From: Podarcis melisellensis
Taxonomy: Eukaryota
Assembly (NCBI GenBank): GCA_964234715.1
Contig: OZ174276.1
DNA: 64,000 nt
Strand: one strand, 5' to 3'
The notes under the pieces were generated by a model. That model was not told the origin of the DNA. It ran no database searches and saw only the letters and a program-made list of their open reading frames with translations. Both the position numbers and the translations under genes were made by a program. The first letter of the stretch is position 1; every line of letters begins with the position of its first letter. Below are positions 21,801 to 34,347 of this stretch, piece after piece.

Positions 21801-24800
21801 ATGGCATGACTTGACAGTGATGAGTAATGTCTAGGATGGACATGAAAGTTATATGATGGTAGAAGCAATGAGGTCATTCTTAACTGAATAGAAGCTGCTT
21901 TGTAGGTAGCTATTATGCTTAATAATGCTGCCATGTCTGCAGGTATCCAGTCCTGGTTTAGGTATGATTCATAGTGCCAGAGCACACGGAAACGCCGTTT
22001 ACCTTCCCACCACAGTGGTACCTATTTATCTGCTTGCACTGGTGTGCTTTCGAACTGCTAGGTTGGCAGAACTGCTAGCTGGGGCAGAGCAACGGGATTT
22101 CACCCCGTTGCACAGATTCGAACCACCAACCTTCCAATCAGCAAACACCAGAGACACAGTGGTTTAGACCACAGTGCCACCAGTAATCAGCCATCTCCAC
22201 ATTTCTGAGATTGAACTATTGGGTAGAACTGGAACTGGTGCAAAGCATTCACTTTCACTGAACCAAATTGAACTAAGACTGTATGCAAGCTAAAGTCCTG
22301 CTTTAAGAATGTACATGTTTTCCAAGTCTTTAAATGAATGATTTATTTTTAAAGCTCTGTATCTTTATGTGATTTAGCTGTACAGAGTGAAAGGAAGCCA
22401 TTTGATGTGCAACGTGAGAAGCCAACGAACTGTGCTGCTTCAACAGAAAAAATCTATATCAGAAAGGACTTGAGAAGTCCTCTAATAGCAACCCCAACTT
22501 TTGTAGCAGATAAAGATGGGGCTAGGTATGTGACAAATGAATCTTACTGAGGTGTATGTAATTCTGAGCTTTTTCAAAGTCACAGAATAGAAGATAGCAT
22601 TTAAAACGTGACTCAATTGGTTTCTAATTAGTCCCTAGTTTTGAGATGGTTCTTTCTTGTGAGTTCAGATGCTATTATAATGAATCAGTATGGAACTTTC
22701 CATACTTACATGGATACTACCTGTCTTAAGTCATGATGTTAATAAGAAAATATAGCTTCTTATTCTTATTATAAAGGACACAGTACAGCTTAATGTATGA
22801 CAGAACCTTGCCTCAAAGGATTTGTACTGTTCAGGCGGAAATGAGGCTCTGATATTGTAAACTCCCCGAGACAAAGGCTTGTCATGTGCTCATCTCTGTT
22901 GTATCATGCAAAATGAAAGGGCCTCTTTCTTTCACAGAAGGCATTGTGATCCAGCAAAGGCTCTTGCTGGAGCAAGTGGGGAAGTGATTTTTGCTGAATT
23001 TCCTCTTCCTTCTGCAGTCTCCCTCCCAAGTAGGCGCTCATCCTGTTCCAGAAAGATCCCCTAAACTTCTAGTCCACGTTTGGGGGGAGGGGGTGGCATA
23101 CAGGGTAGAGGATGAATTGGTAAAAATCGTTCTACTCCTTCCCAGCAGTGTGGCCATTGCATGAGTGGAGTTCTGCTTACAGGATATCTGGGTCCAAGTC
23201 CTAAAGTGTTTACCTGTCTATATGAGAATAGCCAATATTCACATTTTAAATCAGAGGTGACTAACCTGTGGCCCTCAAGATGTTGTTGCATGACAACTCC
23301 AGACATCCCTGGCTGGGGCTGACAGGAATTGGCTTCTAACAATATCTGGAGTGCCATGGATTAACTATCCTGCTTTCAAACTTGAAGATACTTTGATAAA
23401 GAAATCTATCAAAACTGAAAGGCATGGCACTACTTTTGATTATCTGAAAGGGAAATGGTGTGGTTCTTTAATAATAGATTATTACTCATGCTCCCCTTTT
23501 TTGAACAGATCAGCTGGCCTTCTTGATTCAGGGATGCTTGTGAATATTCAGCAGCCGCTAATAAGAGAAGATGGTACAGTTCTCCTGGCTACAGATTCCA
23601 AGGTATCTTCCATAGATTTCACTGTACAGTTCATATTTTGTTGTTTCAATAAGGTGCTTTCTGTGCAGATATATATGAATACATCATTCCTCACAAGGAG
23701 CACAGCTCAGTAAAACTATTGAAGGATGATTGTGTGGAGTAGAGCATATCCCAGCAATGAAAAAAAAAGACTTGGCTCAATCAACTAGCCAATTTATATT
23801 TTGTTTATTTTTTTCTTTTTCAGTGTAGTTTTAAATTGCTTTTCTCTCCATTGCCATGTTGGGAAAGTGGCATAATGGTTTTAATGGTTAAGTTTACTTA
23901 ACACACATATATAAATTTCTTTTGTAGGCTGAGACAAGCCAAGGTGCCTTGGGGACGCTAGCAAATGTTGTAACTTCACTTGCCAGTCTCAACGAGTCGC
24001 TTAATAATGGAGACACTTCTGAAATTCCACAAGAAGACCAATCTGCAAGTGAGATCACTCGGTAGGTACTTCATATTAAAAACTTACTTATCTCCCAGTC
24101 CATTATATGTAGTTAGTTAACTGAATAAACTAGAGCAGCAGCACGCCAGGCTATGGATAATAGGCAATGCCTTATATTAAAGCATCAATGTCAAGTTCTA
24201 TATTTAGATTCTGTCATCAACCTGCATAACTTTATTTACTCTGTTTAGCATTTCAGGGAATGGGTTATAAATAGCAAGATAACAGAATGCTGCTGTGAAA
24301 ATACTATGACAGTGAAGGGATTTTCTATTAAACTATTTCTAATTTGCTGTTTTCTAGTCATGGGATTCTACTACAGAGATTCACTTTAAGTTTGTAATGG
24401 ATACAAGTGTGACCTAGAACAAAAACGTTTAGTGTGGAATGCTTCTATTCAGAGTTCCAGCCATTTTGTTTCATTTCATTCACTGACAACGTTCAGTCTT
24501 TGGAAAGTGGGGGTGGGGAATTCAGCCCTTGGAGTTCTTACACCTCCCTTTTGTGTGAAGAACTTGCCATTTTGGTAAAGAAAGGCTACGTACTCAGTGG
24601 CCTGGTTCGCATGTCACAGTAAGCCGAACTATGGGTTACCAGGACCACACCAAAAATAAAACTGACATCATAATGCCATTATACAAATCTGTGGTGTGAC
24701 CTCACTTGGAATACTGTGAAATTGGAAAAGGCTCAGAAAAGGGCACACTTGAACCTTGTGGGGATGCTCTGAAGTTGAACATTGGAAGATTCAGAACAGT

Positions 24801-27800
24801 TAAAAGAAGTACTTCTTCACGCAATACATAGTTCAACTCTGGAACTCGCTCCCCAGGAGGCAGTGATGACCACCAACCTATGTGGCTGTAAAAACAAATT
24901 AGACAGAGGAGGAGAGGGATTTTCAATGGCCGCTATCCGTGATGGCTATATTTGGCCTCCACAATTGGAGGCAGTAGTGCTTCTGAAAACAGGTTGCTGG
25001 AAGCAACAGGAAGGGATAATTCCCTTGTGCTTGAATCCTTCTTTCCCACAGGCATTTGCCCACTAGATGGGTCATTGGCCTGATCCAGCCGGCTCTTCTT
25101 ATGTGGGCTCCTGAAGAGGAACTTGCAGCTGCTTTGCTCCTTCCTGGACTTTTTTATTGCTGCACTGAGCTAAGCCAACCTGTGGCTTGCTGTGTTACCT
25201 GAATAAATCTTGACTATAGTTCTTCAGTAGTGAGGAAACAGCTTGACCATGAGCGTACATTTAGACAACACACTAAGTCAACCTTTGGTTCGGCTCAGCA
25301 CCGCAAAAGAGTTTAAAAAAGGCAAGGATGGAGGAATGCAAATGCAAGTTTCTCTTTGGGAACCCACACATTTGCACAGCCCTGGTAACTGTAGTTTGGC
25401 TCACCATGCATGACATGTTAAGCAGGGCAGATAATTAATTCACCATTGATACATATGTATCTGTGTACAGAAGTATAAGTGACATTATGTTTTAATAGAC
25501 TTACTCTTATTTGCAGTGCATTTGATACTTTGGCTAAAGCACTTAACACCACAGATGGAGCAACAGCTCAGAATCTGGCAGATGGAATGGATCCCACAGG
25601 TGGTGGGAACATTCATGTAATCAGTAGGGATCAGTCTACGCCAATCATTGAAGTTGAAGGACCCCTCCTTACAGACACTCATGTGACATTTAAGGTGTGT
25701 GTGTTTCCTTAATTTATTTGGGCAAATATGCCAAGAAGCTCTAGAAATAACAACACAATGACTTTTAACAAGCAAAAATAAGTTAGTGAACATCATCTTC
25801 ACTTCCCATGCTGTCTGTTTTCCTTGAGAGTTAACTATTTCATTGGAATCTCTTCAGCTGATGCCCATTTTACAACTTATAAAGGGGGGAGCAATGGGTT
25901 ATCCCTTAAACCCCAATGGTAAATTAAATACATGTGACCACACATTCTTTCTGGCAGCTACTGAAATCTTTTGACTGAAAAAGTTCTCCAGCTTCATAAA
26001 ATTTGAGATCAGGACACATTACTTGACTATAAAATGGAAGAGTTTTGTGACTATGTACCAAATGCCATACATCTGTAAAATACAAAAATGAATTCACAAT
26101 ATATGTGTAAATTTCAGACTTTTCCAATTGCTAATAGTTTTATGCATTGTACCTGAGTTACTCTATATTCACAGTCTTGAAGTGTTATCCCTAACTGTAT
26201 TGCAGACCCTATTTTAAATTCAAACCAATTCTTTCTGAATACAAAGTGTGGCTTCATTTGAGCTGTCATTTTAATGGGGCAGACTTTGTATTAAGATAGC
26301 TGGATTAAACTGTTACAGAGTTTGAATGTTTAAAGAATTATCACTATAAAGTATAAAGGCATATGGTATATTTATGGTTCCATAACAAAAGGCTCTGTAC
26401 ATGTTCTGTATCCAAAATGCATCTATTAATGATTTTTAAAAGAATTGATGAAAATGGGCTTTTATACATGTACATTTCTGTTCTCTTACAGTTAACCATG
26501 CCAAGCCCAATGCCAGAGTATCTGAATGTGCATTACATTTGTGAGTCAGCATCCCGCTTACTTTTTCTTTCCATGCACTGGGCTAGATCCATTCCTGCTT
26601 TTCAAGCACTAGGGTGAGCAGATGATTTCTTTTTAATTTTTTACATAAGGAATTGGAGGGATCTTCTCAATCTAAACTAGCTGTGAAGAATGAAATTATC
26701 ACACATCAAATGACACCTCACTCTTCCACCTGTCAGACTCCTGACTCTTTCATGTCCCCACTTAGTTCTCCCTAGACTCACCTCATTATCTTCTACACAT
26801 TTTCCCACTATATCCCCAACAGATAACTCAATCTTTTCTATCTCATTATATATCCCAGTCTCTGTTTCCCCTTCGTACCAAAGCCTTTCCAACACCCCAT
26901 ATTCCTTTCACCCTTATTTTGTTATTGGTGCGTGTGCTTCTGGGTTATGAAGCTGAAACTGATTATTTGTTAAACCACAACCCCAAATACAGATACAACA
27001 ATATGCAGAGCTGAAGGAAAAGCTAAATAAAGGTTTCCAGTGTCCTCCTTCCAGCTACACTGGAAAAAAGAGAGGAGGAAAAAGTGCCATCCTTATGAGG
27101 CTAGATTCATGAACACTGTGCTAATCCAAGGTTGCCAATATTTTTATACCCATGGGTACATTTGGATTTCTGAGCAAGTGCTGGGGGTGCCACCCCTCCT
27201 AATCACACACAGACAAGAAAGAAAGTACCTATATGCACACTTTAGGATTGACCTGAACCTTGCAAAGCTCGTAGAGATGAAAGAGGAAATGGAAATATGT
27301 AAGTTCCTCATTCAGCCCTCTTCAAGGAAGAAGAGGTAACAACCCTCACCATCTCATGGCCAAGGGGACAGTGAATGGGATGTGGGGGCTTAGAAGCTTC
27401 TCAGGCACCAAGGAAGACCTCCTGGGCACCACATTAACGGCCTCTTGTGTAAACCATGGTTTAGTGTGAAATCCTAATGCAGCTATCAATTTCAGTTAAA
27501 CCATCAGAAAATCTTACACAGATCCTATTGTGTATTTTGCTAGAATATTTTATGTCTATTGTGGGAGGTAGCTTAAGCAGTTCAAAGTAACCAGCACATT
27601 ATCTTTAAATAAGGGTTCTACAGTTTTCTTTCTGTAATCAAGATTCTACTGACTTTTTATTGTGTTTTGAAGATTTCTGTAGAACTTGGGAACATTGCTT
27701 TTTGGCACAGGCTATGAAGTAGTGTATTGCATAACTGCTGATATTCTGTTTGTCAGCTATTTTGCCTGTGACTTCTTTTCTCCCTCTCTTGATTCTATGG

Positions 27801-30800
27801 TTCTTTCTTAACTGTAAGTTCATATGTAACATTACATTTTTTGTGTTGCTGTTCAGCATGGAGACTACGAAGATGGGGGTGGGATCTCAAAAAATACTTG
27901 GAATGAGGGGAGCAAGCAAGGGACTTTGTAAGCAGCTGCCATATTGTCCATTTTTCAGGACAATTTTTCTTCCAGCTGTAACAGTTTTTTGAATGGGAAC
28001 ATTTGCCCTCCTACAAGCTAACACAAATTCCACCATTCTTTTCAGCACAGCAACGCGAGCCAGTCAAACATTGCATGTAATACTATTGCATAAAATAAAC
28101 TTACTTACAATAAAATCCTAATGGAGCCCTAATGTTCAGTAGTTACAAAAAAGAATTATAATCTATGCAGAAAAAATAATACTGATAAATCTACTATATT
28201 TATTTGCTTTTGCACCTTTAGGCAGGACTGTAATACAAGCCTTGTGCGTGCATGCTGGAATGAACTGTTCACTTTAGGCCTTGCACAATGTGCACAGGTG
28301 ATGAGCTTGTCAACTATTCTGGCAGCCATTGTCAACCATCTACAGAACAGCATACAGGAAGGTATGTGTGGCTGTTTTTTTAAGGCTGTGATTCTAAGCA
28401 CAGTTAACAAGTTGTAACCATGTCATTAGGACTTGCCTTCCAAGTATATGTGTTTAGAATCTAGGTGCTAAAAGCATCTGTTGGGTGGGAATAAAAATTT
28501 TACTAAGTTGTTTCTAGAAAAAATGTTTCACCAACAACAAGGCATGGAGCACACATGTTGGGTTGTATATTCAGCTGCTACATTGTGGTTGACGAGGAAA
28601 CCTTGCACACTCAGTAAGGTAGAAGGGAATACACCAACCACTGTAATATGTATTCTCTTGTGCACATATTTGTTTTTTTCATAAAGGTTTCCTTGAAGAG
28701 TTTACTGATTTTCATAGTAGATTTATGAAACCAAATAGATCTTCAGAAAAACACAAGAGTCCTTTGGCTTTTTTGTGTTTATTTTTAAAATTATAGGCAG
28801 AAGTTTTAAATGGAGCTCTAAATGTGGAACAATGATTGTAGACTATTTAATAGGCACTTGACAGTAACAATTACCGTATGAAAGCCAATGAATAACCACT
28901 TAACTGCACTAGAGAAACTATTGGAGAAACAACAGTGCCATGCATGAATTTTGGCTTAATTCTTTCCAAAGAGAAAAGGTACCAGTTGGAAAGTACCTAT
29001 TGGATGTAGAGATTCTGAACTGTGGAATACCTTACATGGTTGCAAAAAAAGGTCAATGTTTGGTAATAAACATGAGCAAAATGTACATCTGGAATTCCAT
29101 ACCTTTCTGTTCTTGCCTACTTTCATTTCTGGATATAGCAGAGTCTGTCCCAAGAATGCTGTCTTTCTCCAGCAGATAACAGAAGTATCAGTTGTTGTAC
29201 AAAAACCATCTGCTAGAACAGTAATACTATATTATTAAGTTGCAGGCTCATGTATCTACAGGAGAACTTTTTAGTATGATGGGTTTGGTTTTGGCTGTCT
29301 TGTTGTGCTTGTTATGGCTCTAGAAAAATAAAGTTAGCAGTTACCAACATTTACTGATTTAATTTGTTAAATCCTTTCAAACTTAATTATAATAGGCAGG
29401 TTCCGCCCCCAAGCAAAGCCCTCAAAAACAACAGAACTGATGTAGTTCCTCTGGGCAAGGAAAGAGGCAGGATATTCAGAGGCCATGGAGAGGTAGGTGC
29501 CCTACGTTTGATTAAGTGTAGGGCTGTAAGATTTTCCAGCATCCCAGATTTGTGGAAAGAACAGGCACAGTGAAATTACTGGCCTCGTGGAAAGCAAAGG
29601 ATCACAGTAGATAAGAGAGCTTGCTGCAACTGTATGGTTGTAGTGCACTGCCTTTTGAGTTAAACCAATTTTTGAAGGCCATGGATAGATAGAATAATTA
29701 AAGCAATGTTTCTTGCCCCAAGGTTTGGGGTGTAGGTTAGATTAAACAACAAGATCATTGCTATTCTTTGATCAAGAGAAAAGGACAACTTGCAGCCTGC
29801 TATTTGTGCAATGTTTAACAAATGTAGATTAAAGGTTTTCAATATGGTGGCAGAAGAGTCATAAATATCTACAATTATTACCAACACAGGCCAAGGAAAA
29901 TATTTAGGTAATAGTGAACTTTGCTTATTTTATATATAGGTCATGCAGCATGCAGTTCTTAACAGAGGAAAATGGGGAACTAGTTTTTGAATGGCAGCTT
30001 TCTGTTCAGAATCTTTTTCTACAAATGGCAACTCCGCTCTTCTTCATTGACTTGAATAAATGCAAATGTTGCAATATAAAGACCAAAAAAATGCCTCATA
30101 CTGAGAAGGAATCATTCCACAAACCTTTACAATTTAAACTCCACGACATTATACTTATCATCTAAAGAAAAATGTCAAGTGCTCTTAAATTCTGATAAAT
30201 TACAACAAAGATTGAATTTTCCTCAACCATTTTAAGAAGGAATTGAAAATAGCATGAAGGAGTGGACAGTCTTGAAATGTTATCACACCCATGCCATCTT
30301 TTCCCTACACACTTCAGCCTAGCACCAATTATATAGTTTCCCAACTAGAACCACCTCCTTACCTCGTACACTGCTTCATCAATTTTCAGATTGTCTACAC
30401 TGTTAACAAAATAGCAAGGGGTAAGTTTCTGGCATATGGAGGAGAGTTATAGAAACATTCAATTAAATCTATGAAGCATTCAAAAGTTGAGGGTAAGCTG
30501 CTGATTCCAGTCTGCTAGATAAAGCATATATTTCTAAATATGCATTTATAGAGGGAAACTATCAGTCATTATTACATTAAGCTTTGTCTTTCAAATAACT
30601 AGATAACATGCCTGTCTGGGTAATGCATTTTAGGTTACTTGGCAGTCACTTAGGTCTCCATTGAACATTTGGTCATATTCCAAAGCCTCTGTAATTCAGT
30701 ACATACGGAAGTTTCTGGTTTACAAATTAAAACTCACTGAGTAACCAGACATGTGGAAAAAAGAATGAAATTTAGCAGTTTGATACATTTTCCCATGAAA

Positions 30801-33800
30801 GACTGCATACGTTTGAACAGTTTAAAACTGGTTGTTATCTGAAAAAGTCTAGATAGTTGGTTGACTTACAGTTTTGCGCTGTTAAGAGAATGTGTAATGT
30901 CTACTTGTAGATAAACTTTCCGGAGACCGAATAAAACAAGTGATGGAACACATCTGGAAGCTTCAGGAGTTCTGTAATAGCATGGCTAAGCTTGATATTG
31001 ATGGATATGAATATGCTTACCTTAAAGCTATAGTCCTCTTTAGTCCTGGTAAGGCATTTGGTAATTATTCCCTTCTCTTAAATTCTGTTTTGGTGCTCAA
31101 TTTACAAGAGGGTAATACTCTGACACCAGTTAAATCCAATGCTGAAGAAAATGCTACAAATGAAGGTACTTCATAATACAGTTCAATTAACTGACATATT
31201 TGTGTTTATTTTTCCTTTTGGTTTTATTGGGATTTACTTATGTTTAATATCAAAGTATTAGCCAGACGCTTTCTTAAAAGCTGTATTATCAATCCACCTT
31301 TTTGCTGCTATTTCATCTGTCCACATCTGGAATAATCCCAGCAGCATGAAATGGGGGTTGGACTCGATGGCCCTTGTGGTCTCTTCCAACTCTATGATTC
31401 TATGAAATACTCAGTAATACACTTGAGGATAACCCTAAAGCAGACAGTGTAAGGCTGGTGGATTGCAACAAGTCTGCTACAGTTTTTCTACAGCCTGCAC
31501 ACCACTTGTGCTAACTTAGGCTTTCCAGGAGGAAGCATTAATAGCGTGGGATGCAGTCTGCAGAGATATTACCTGTCCTTGTGCCAGAAGAAATACTTGA
31601 TGACAAAACTGGCCCTCCGCTGTTGATTTTGAGTAAAGAGCTGAATTGTGCAGGACATACAAAGTTGGGGAGAAGGCTTTGTTTGCAAAGCTGACAATGT
31701 TTTGTATTGGATGTGGAATATTAACAGAAATATGTCTGGTAGCTTTTAATTTTAAAAATTATAAAGGAAAATGCTATTACCTATTACACCCACTTACAAT
31801 AAATTTGTACTGTTTAAGAAGCAAATTAACAGTGCAGTCATCTCCTGATATTTAACTCTGTAATTTGTCTCCCAGTTTCATGTATAGTAATCATTTCTTA
31901 TCATGAATAGACTTTAGAGTGAAGAATATTAAATATTTTTGTGTTTTTAGTCTACTGTATATTTTCATTTGGGACGTGGGTGGCGCTGTGGGTTAAACCG
32001 CAGAGCCTAGGACTTGCTGATCAGAAGGTTGGCGGTTCGAATTCCCACAATGGGGTGAGCTCCCGTTGCTTGGTCCCAGCTCCTGCCAACCTAGCAGTTT
32101 GAAAACACGTCAAAGTAGATAAATAGGTACCGCTCCGGCGGGAAGGTAAACGGCGTTTCCGTGCGCTGATCTGGTTCGCCAGAGGCGGCTTAGTCATGCT
32201 GGCCACATGACCGGCTGTACGCCGGTTCCCTCGGCCAATAAAGCAAGATAAGCGCCGCAACCCCAGAGTCGGTCACGACTGGACCTAATGGTCAGGGGTC
32301 CCTTTACCTTTTTATATTTTCATTGTTTTTACTTTTGTACATTACCTGATAATGTTTACATGACAGCCAGTATATAAATATTTTGAAATAACTTTAAAAG
32401 AATGTATAAATGGCACACAAACATTTGAGTGTCCCAAGAGACTGAAATATTACTATTTCTAATGTCAGATTTGTATCTATTTATTTTGTGTAGAGGCCAA
32501 CCTGCTTATTTTCTGTGGAAAGCAGAAAGTCATGCGATAGCATATATTGCCTCTGGAAGTATTTCAACAGAAGATTCTTTCTAAAAATAAATGTCATGTT
32601 TTTGATACAAGTAAATGCACAATGACATGTTTGTGTTTTCTTTAGATCACCCTGGTCTCACAAGCTCCAGCCAAATAGAAAAATTCCAGGAGAAAGCTCA
32701 GATGGAGTTACAAGACTATGTTCAAAAAACATATCCAGAAGATACTTACAGGTATTTTCTCTCTCTTGCACTTACCTGGAAGTACCATATTTTTCGCCCC
32801 ATAGCACGCACCTTTTCCCCTCCAAAAATGAAGGGGAAATCTGGGTGCGTCCTATGGGGCGAATGCAGGCTTTCGCTGAAGCTTGGAGAGCAAGAGAGGT
32901 CGGTGCGCACCGACCCCTCTCGCTCTCCAGGCTTCAGGAAGACATCCGCAGCCTAGGCAGCCCTGAAGCAGATCGCCCCTCGCGCTGGGAGGTCCCGCAG
33001 GGCTCCCCACGCTGCGGATAGCAGCCTGCCGTGCGGTGCGCCCTGAAGCAGAGCGCCCTTCGCGCCAGGCAGACATCGGCCAGTCCCACAAGCTCGGGGG
33101 ACAGTGGGGAGGCGCAGCGCTGCCATCCCGCTGTTCCCACAACCTGGTTTTGGGGGAGAAATAAAGGAAAACATTTTTTCCTTTATTTCCCCCGCAAAAA
33201 ACTAGGTGCATCCTATGGGACAGAAAATACGGTAATTCCTATTGTTTCCAAGTTGATGTGTGCTGAGTTGTATTCTTTTCCCCCTCTGTTACCCATTGGG
33301 ACCTGAATTGGCTTAGGTGTCCAGTGATGATAAAATCCACAAGTAAAGTGTAACAACATTTAGTGTTGTTAGCCTCGGATTTGTGAGTAATAATAATATA
33401 TACAAGCTGTTAAAACTCTGAAAACTTAGATTAAAAATAATGGTCTTATTGCTACATATATAAAAGCAGAATATGGTTTTAAGCTCTTGTAAATAGTTAC
33501 CTTTAGAACCTCATACATTTATGAGGTTATTCTCTAATTGTAAAAAAAAACAACGAAACAAAAAAACAGTCAGATAGGTATGAAAACACAAAATTGGATT
33601 AAAAATTATTTGAACTCTCCCAAGCCAGTGGGGTTGCTGTGAGCTGTTTAAAAATATTTGTAAAACATGTTGGCAAACTTGAATCATTTCATAATCCATC
33701 TGCTCTTCGATAGTTATGGGATCAGTTGCCCCATGGTGCTTCATCTGCATATCTCCCTTTTCAGTGTTTTTTAAAACTGCATTTAATTTACTAAGCTACC

Positions 33801-34347
33801 AGGGCTCCTATTTATCTCTACAGAAATGAATGGAACAGTGAAACTACTAACTGTCTATGCTAATTCTGTTTCAAGCAGCTTCTCAAGATAGGATAGGGAA
33901 ACAGCACTATGCCTGTATCATAAATTCTATTTTGGGGGGTTGTAAATAAATATATCTGTATATTCCTGTGTGTGTGTCCGTCCCCCCATCTCCTGGGGAA
34001 AAACCCCTGTTACAAAGCTCAGGGTTCTAGGATGCTGGACTAGATGATCCATTGGCCTGACTCAGCAAGCTCTTCTTCTGTTCTTTTTTCACCTAATCAA
34101 GTTGCTATAAGTGGGTGCCAAACTGGTAACCTGATGTATACCTTTTCATATACTACTGTCTTCTTATTTCAGACTAGCCCGGATTCTAGTTCGCCTGCCA
34201 GCACTTAGACTGATGAGCTCTAGCATTACTGAAGAACTCTTTTTTACTGGGCTAATTGGAAATGTTCCAATAGACAGTATCATCCCTTACATATTGAAAA
34301 TGGAAACAGCAGAATATAATGGCCAAATAACAGGCTCATCTTCCTAG
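5736..34347 (+). CDS. NR2C2: Nuclear receptor subfamily 2 group C member 2 (TR4), whole spliced CDS, 14 coding exons, 629 aa (596 aa from internal Met at 13709)
   Basis: join(5736-5795,13670-13780,17249-17449,19290-19392,21203-21382,22378-22525,23509-23602,23928-24061,25517-25694,26492-26613,28222-28361,30911-31048,32646-32751,34173-34347) = 1890 nt; all introns GT-AG; phases consistent; C4 zinc fingers ([28 protein letters not shown]) and a TR4-type LBD ending [21 protein letters not shown]. Confidence 0.97.
6250..6431 (-). mobile_element. Sauria SINE, partial (3' half)
   Basis: ggtaaaggta...ggacccctgaccattaggtccag... is the reverse complement of the full copies at 31971 and 52300. Confidence 0.88.
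6698..6935. mobile_element. Tc1/mariner (Tigger-like) MITE containing an (ATTT)n tract
   Basis: TA-CAGTAAGCCC ... GGGCTTACTC-TA imperfect TIRs with TA TSD. Confidence 0.6.
6831..6871. repeat. (ATTT)n microsatellite
   Basis: ~10 perfect units. Confidence 0.95.
10555..10850 (-). mobile_element. Old L2-type LINE 3' fragment
   Basis: Minus [21 protein letters not shown]...LRS resembles the L2 ORF2 C-terminus. Confidence 0.6.
13670..13780 (+). CDS. NR2C2: NR2C2 coding exon 2 (VQTVQ...[24 protein letters not shown])
   Basis: AG/GT flanks, 111 nt, contains the canonical short-isoform start MTSPS at 13709. Confidence 0.95.
13881..16380 (-). mobile_element. CR1 LINE, decayed and internally deleted (ORF1 Zn-knuckle/esterase, start of endonuclease, and RT C-terminus/3' end)
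   Basis: [28 protein letters not shown] (RT), [26 protein letters not shown]1 esterase LLARDGLHL...IRRDLN (15442-15642), terminal CTATGATTCT at 13881. Confidence 0.88.
16689..16744 (+). pseudogene. tRNA-Ser(GCT) 5' fragment (56 nt, no T-arm or acceptor 3' strand)
   Basis: GACGAGGTGGCCaAGTGGTTAAGGCGATGGACTGCTAATCCATTGTGCTCTGCACG matches vertebrate tRNA-Ser-GCT as recalled, with one G>A change; anticodon GCT at 16722-16724. Confidence 0.85.
16745..16809 (+). mobile_element. CR1 3' tail fused to the tRNA fragment
   Basis: GGGGGTTGGACTCGATGGCCCTTGTGGTCTCTTCCAACTCTATGATTCTAT, identical to the copy at 31353. Confidence 0.85.
17249..17449 (+). CDS. NR2C2: NR2C2 coding exon 3 ([14 protein letters not shown]...PGRIQ)
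   Basis: AG/GT flanks, 201 nt, open frame. Confidence 0.95.
18050..18680 (-). mobile_element. Highly decayed L2-type LINE fragment
   Basis: Minus-strand [11 protein letters not shown] resembles the L2 RT motif LKLNPDKTE; boundaries approximate. Confidence 0.45.
19290..19392 (+). CDS. NR2C2: NR2C2 coding exon 4 (start of [13 protein letters not shown])
   Basis: AG/GT flanks, first zinc-finger cysteines. Confidence 0.96.
21203..21382 (+). CDS. NR2C2: NR2C2 coding exon 5 (DBD, P-box CEGCKG and second zinc finger)
   Basis: Within ORF 21172-21438; AG/GT flanks. Confidence 0.98.
21978..22182 (-). mobile_element. Sauria SINE, partial/diverged
   Basis: cacggaaacgccgtttaccttccc...ctttcgaactgctaggttggcag...cacagtgccacc. 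Confidence 0.85.
22378..22525 (+). CDS. NR2C2: NR2C2 coding exon 6 ([15 protein letters not shown]...)
   Basis: AG/GT flanks, hinge region, phase fits. Confidence 0.95.
23509..23602 (+). CDS. NR2C2: NR2C2 coding exon 7 ([22 protein letters not shown]...)
   Basis: Within ORF 23351-23713; AG/GT flanks. Confidence 0.95.
23928..24061 (+). CDS. NR2C2: NR2C2 coding exon 8 ([19 protein letters not shown]...)
   Basis: AG/GT flanks, TR2/TR4-conserved [11 protein letters not shown]. Confidence 0.95.
24720..25105 (+). mobile_element. CR1 3' fragment (old)
   Basis: aaaagaagtacttcttcacgcaa...ggaactcgctccccaggaggcagtg...attggcctgatccagccggctcttcttatgt. Confidence 0.6.
25517..25694 (+). CDS. NR2C2: NR2C2 coding exon 9 (AFDTLAKAL...[13 protein letters not shown])
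   Basis: Within ORF 25479-25712; AG/GT flanks. Confidence 0.96.
26492..26613 (+). CDS. NR2C2: NR2C2 coding exon 10 ([35 protein letters not shown])
   Basis: LBD helix 3 region; AG/GT flanks. Confidence 0.97.
28222..28361 (+). CDS. NR2C2: NR2C2 coding exon 11 ([23 protein letters not shown]...)
   Basis: LBD signature; AG/GT flanks. Confidence 0.97.
30911..31048 (+). CDS. NR2C2: NR2C2 coding exon 12 ([21 protein letters not shown]...[13 protein letters not shown])
   Basis: [14 protein letters not shown] motif; AG/GT flanks. Confidence 0.97.
31353..31401 (+). mobile_element. Very short CR1 3' tail insertion
   Basis: Identical to the tail at ~16759-16809; TSD ATGAAAT at 31346-31352 and 31402-31408. 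Confidence 0.8.
31971..32312 (+). mobile_element. Sauria SINE, full length
   Basis: tRNA-like head (GGTGGCGCTGTGG, GGTTCGAATTCC), 3' CCTTTACCTTT; TSD TATATTTTCATT at 31958-31969 and 32313-32324. Confidence 0.93.
32646..32751 (+). CDS. NR2C2: NR2C2 coding exon 13 ([35 protein letters not shown])
   Basis: Within ORF 32615-32956; AG/GT flanks. Confidence 0.97.
32785..33232. mobile_element. Tc1/mariner (pogo/Tigger-type) MITE with a GC-rich interior
   Basis: TA-CCATATTTT ... AAAATACGG-TA termini; subterminal ggtgc(g/a)tcctatggg repeats. Confidence 0.75.
34173..34347 (+). CDS. NR2C2: NR2C2 last coding exon ([12 protein letters not shown]...stop TAG)
   Basis: AG acceptor, LBD C-terminal helices, TAG at 34345-34347. 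Confidence 0.97.
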
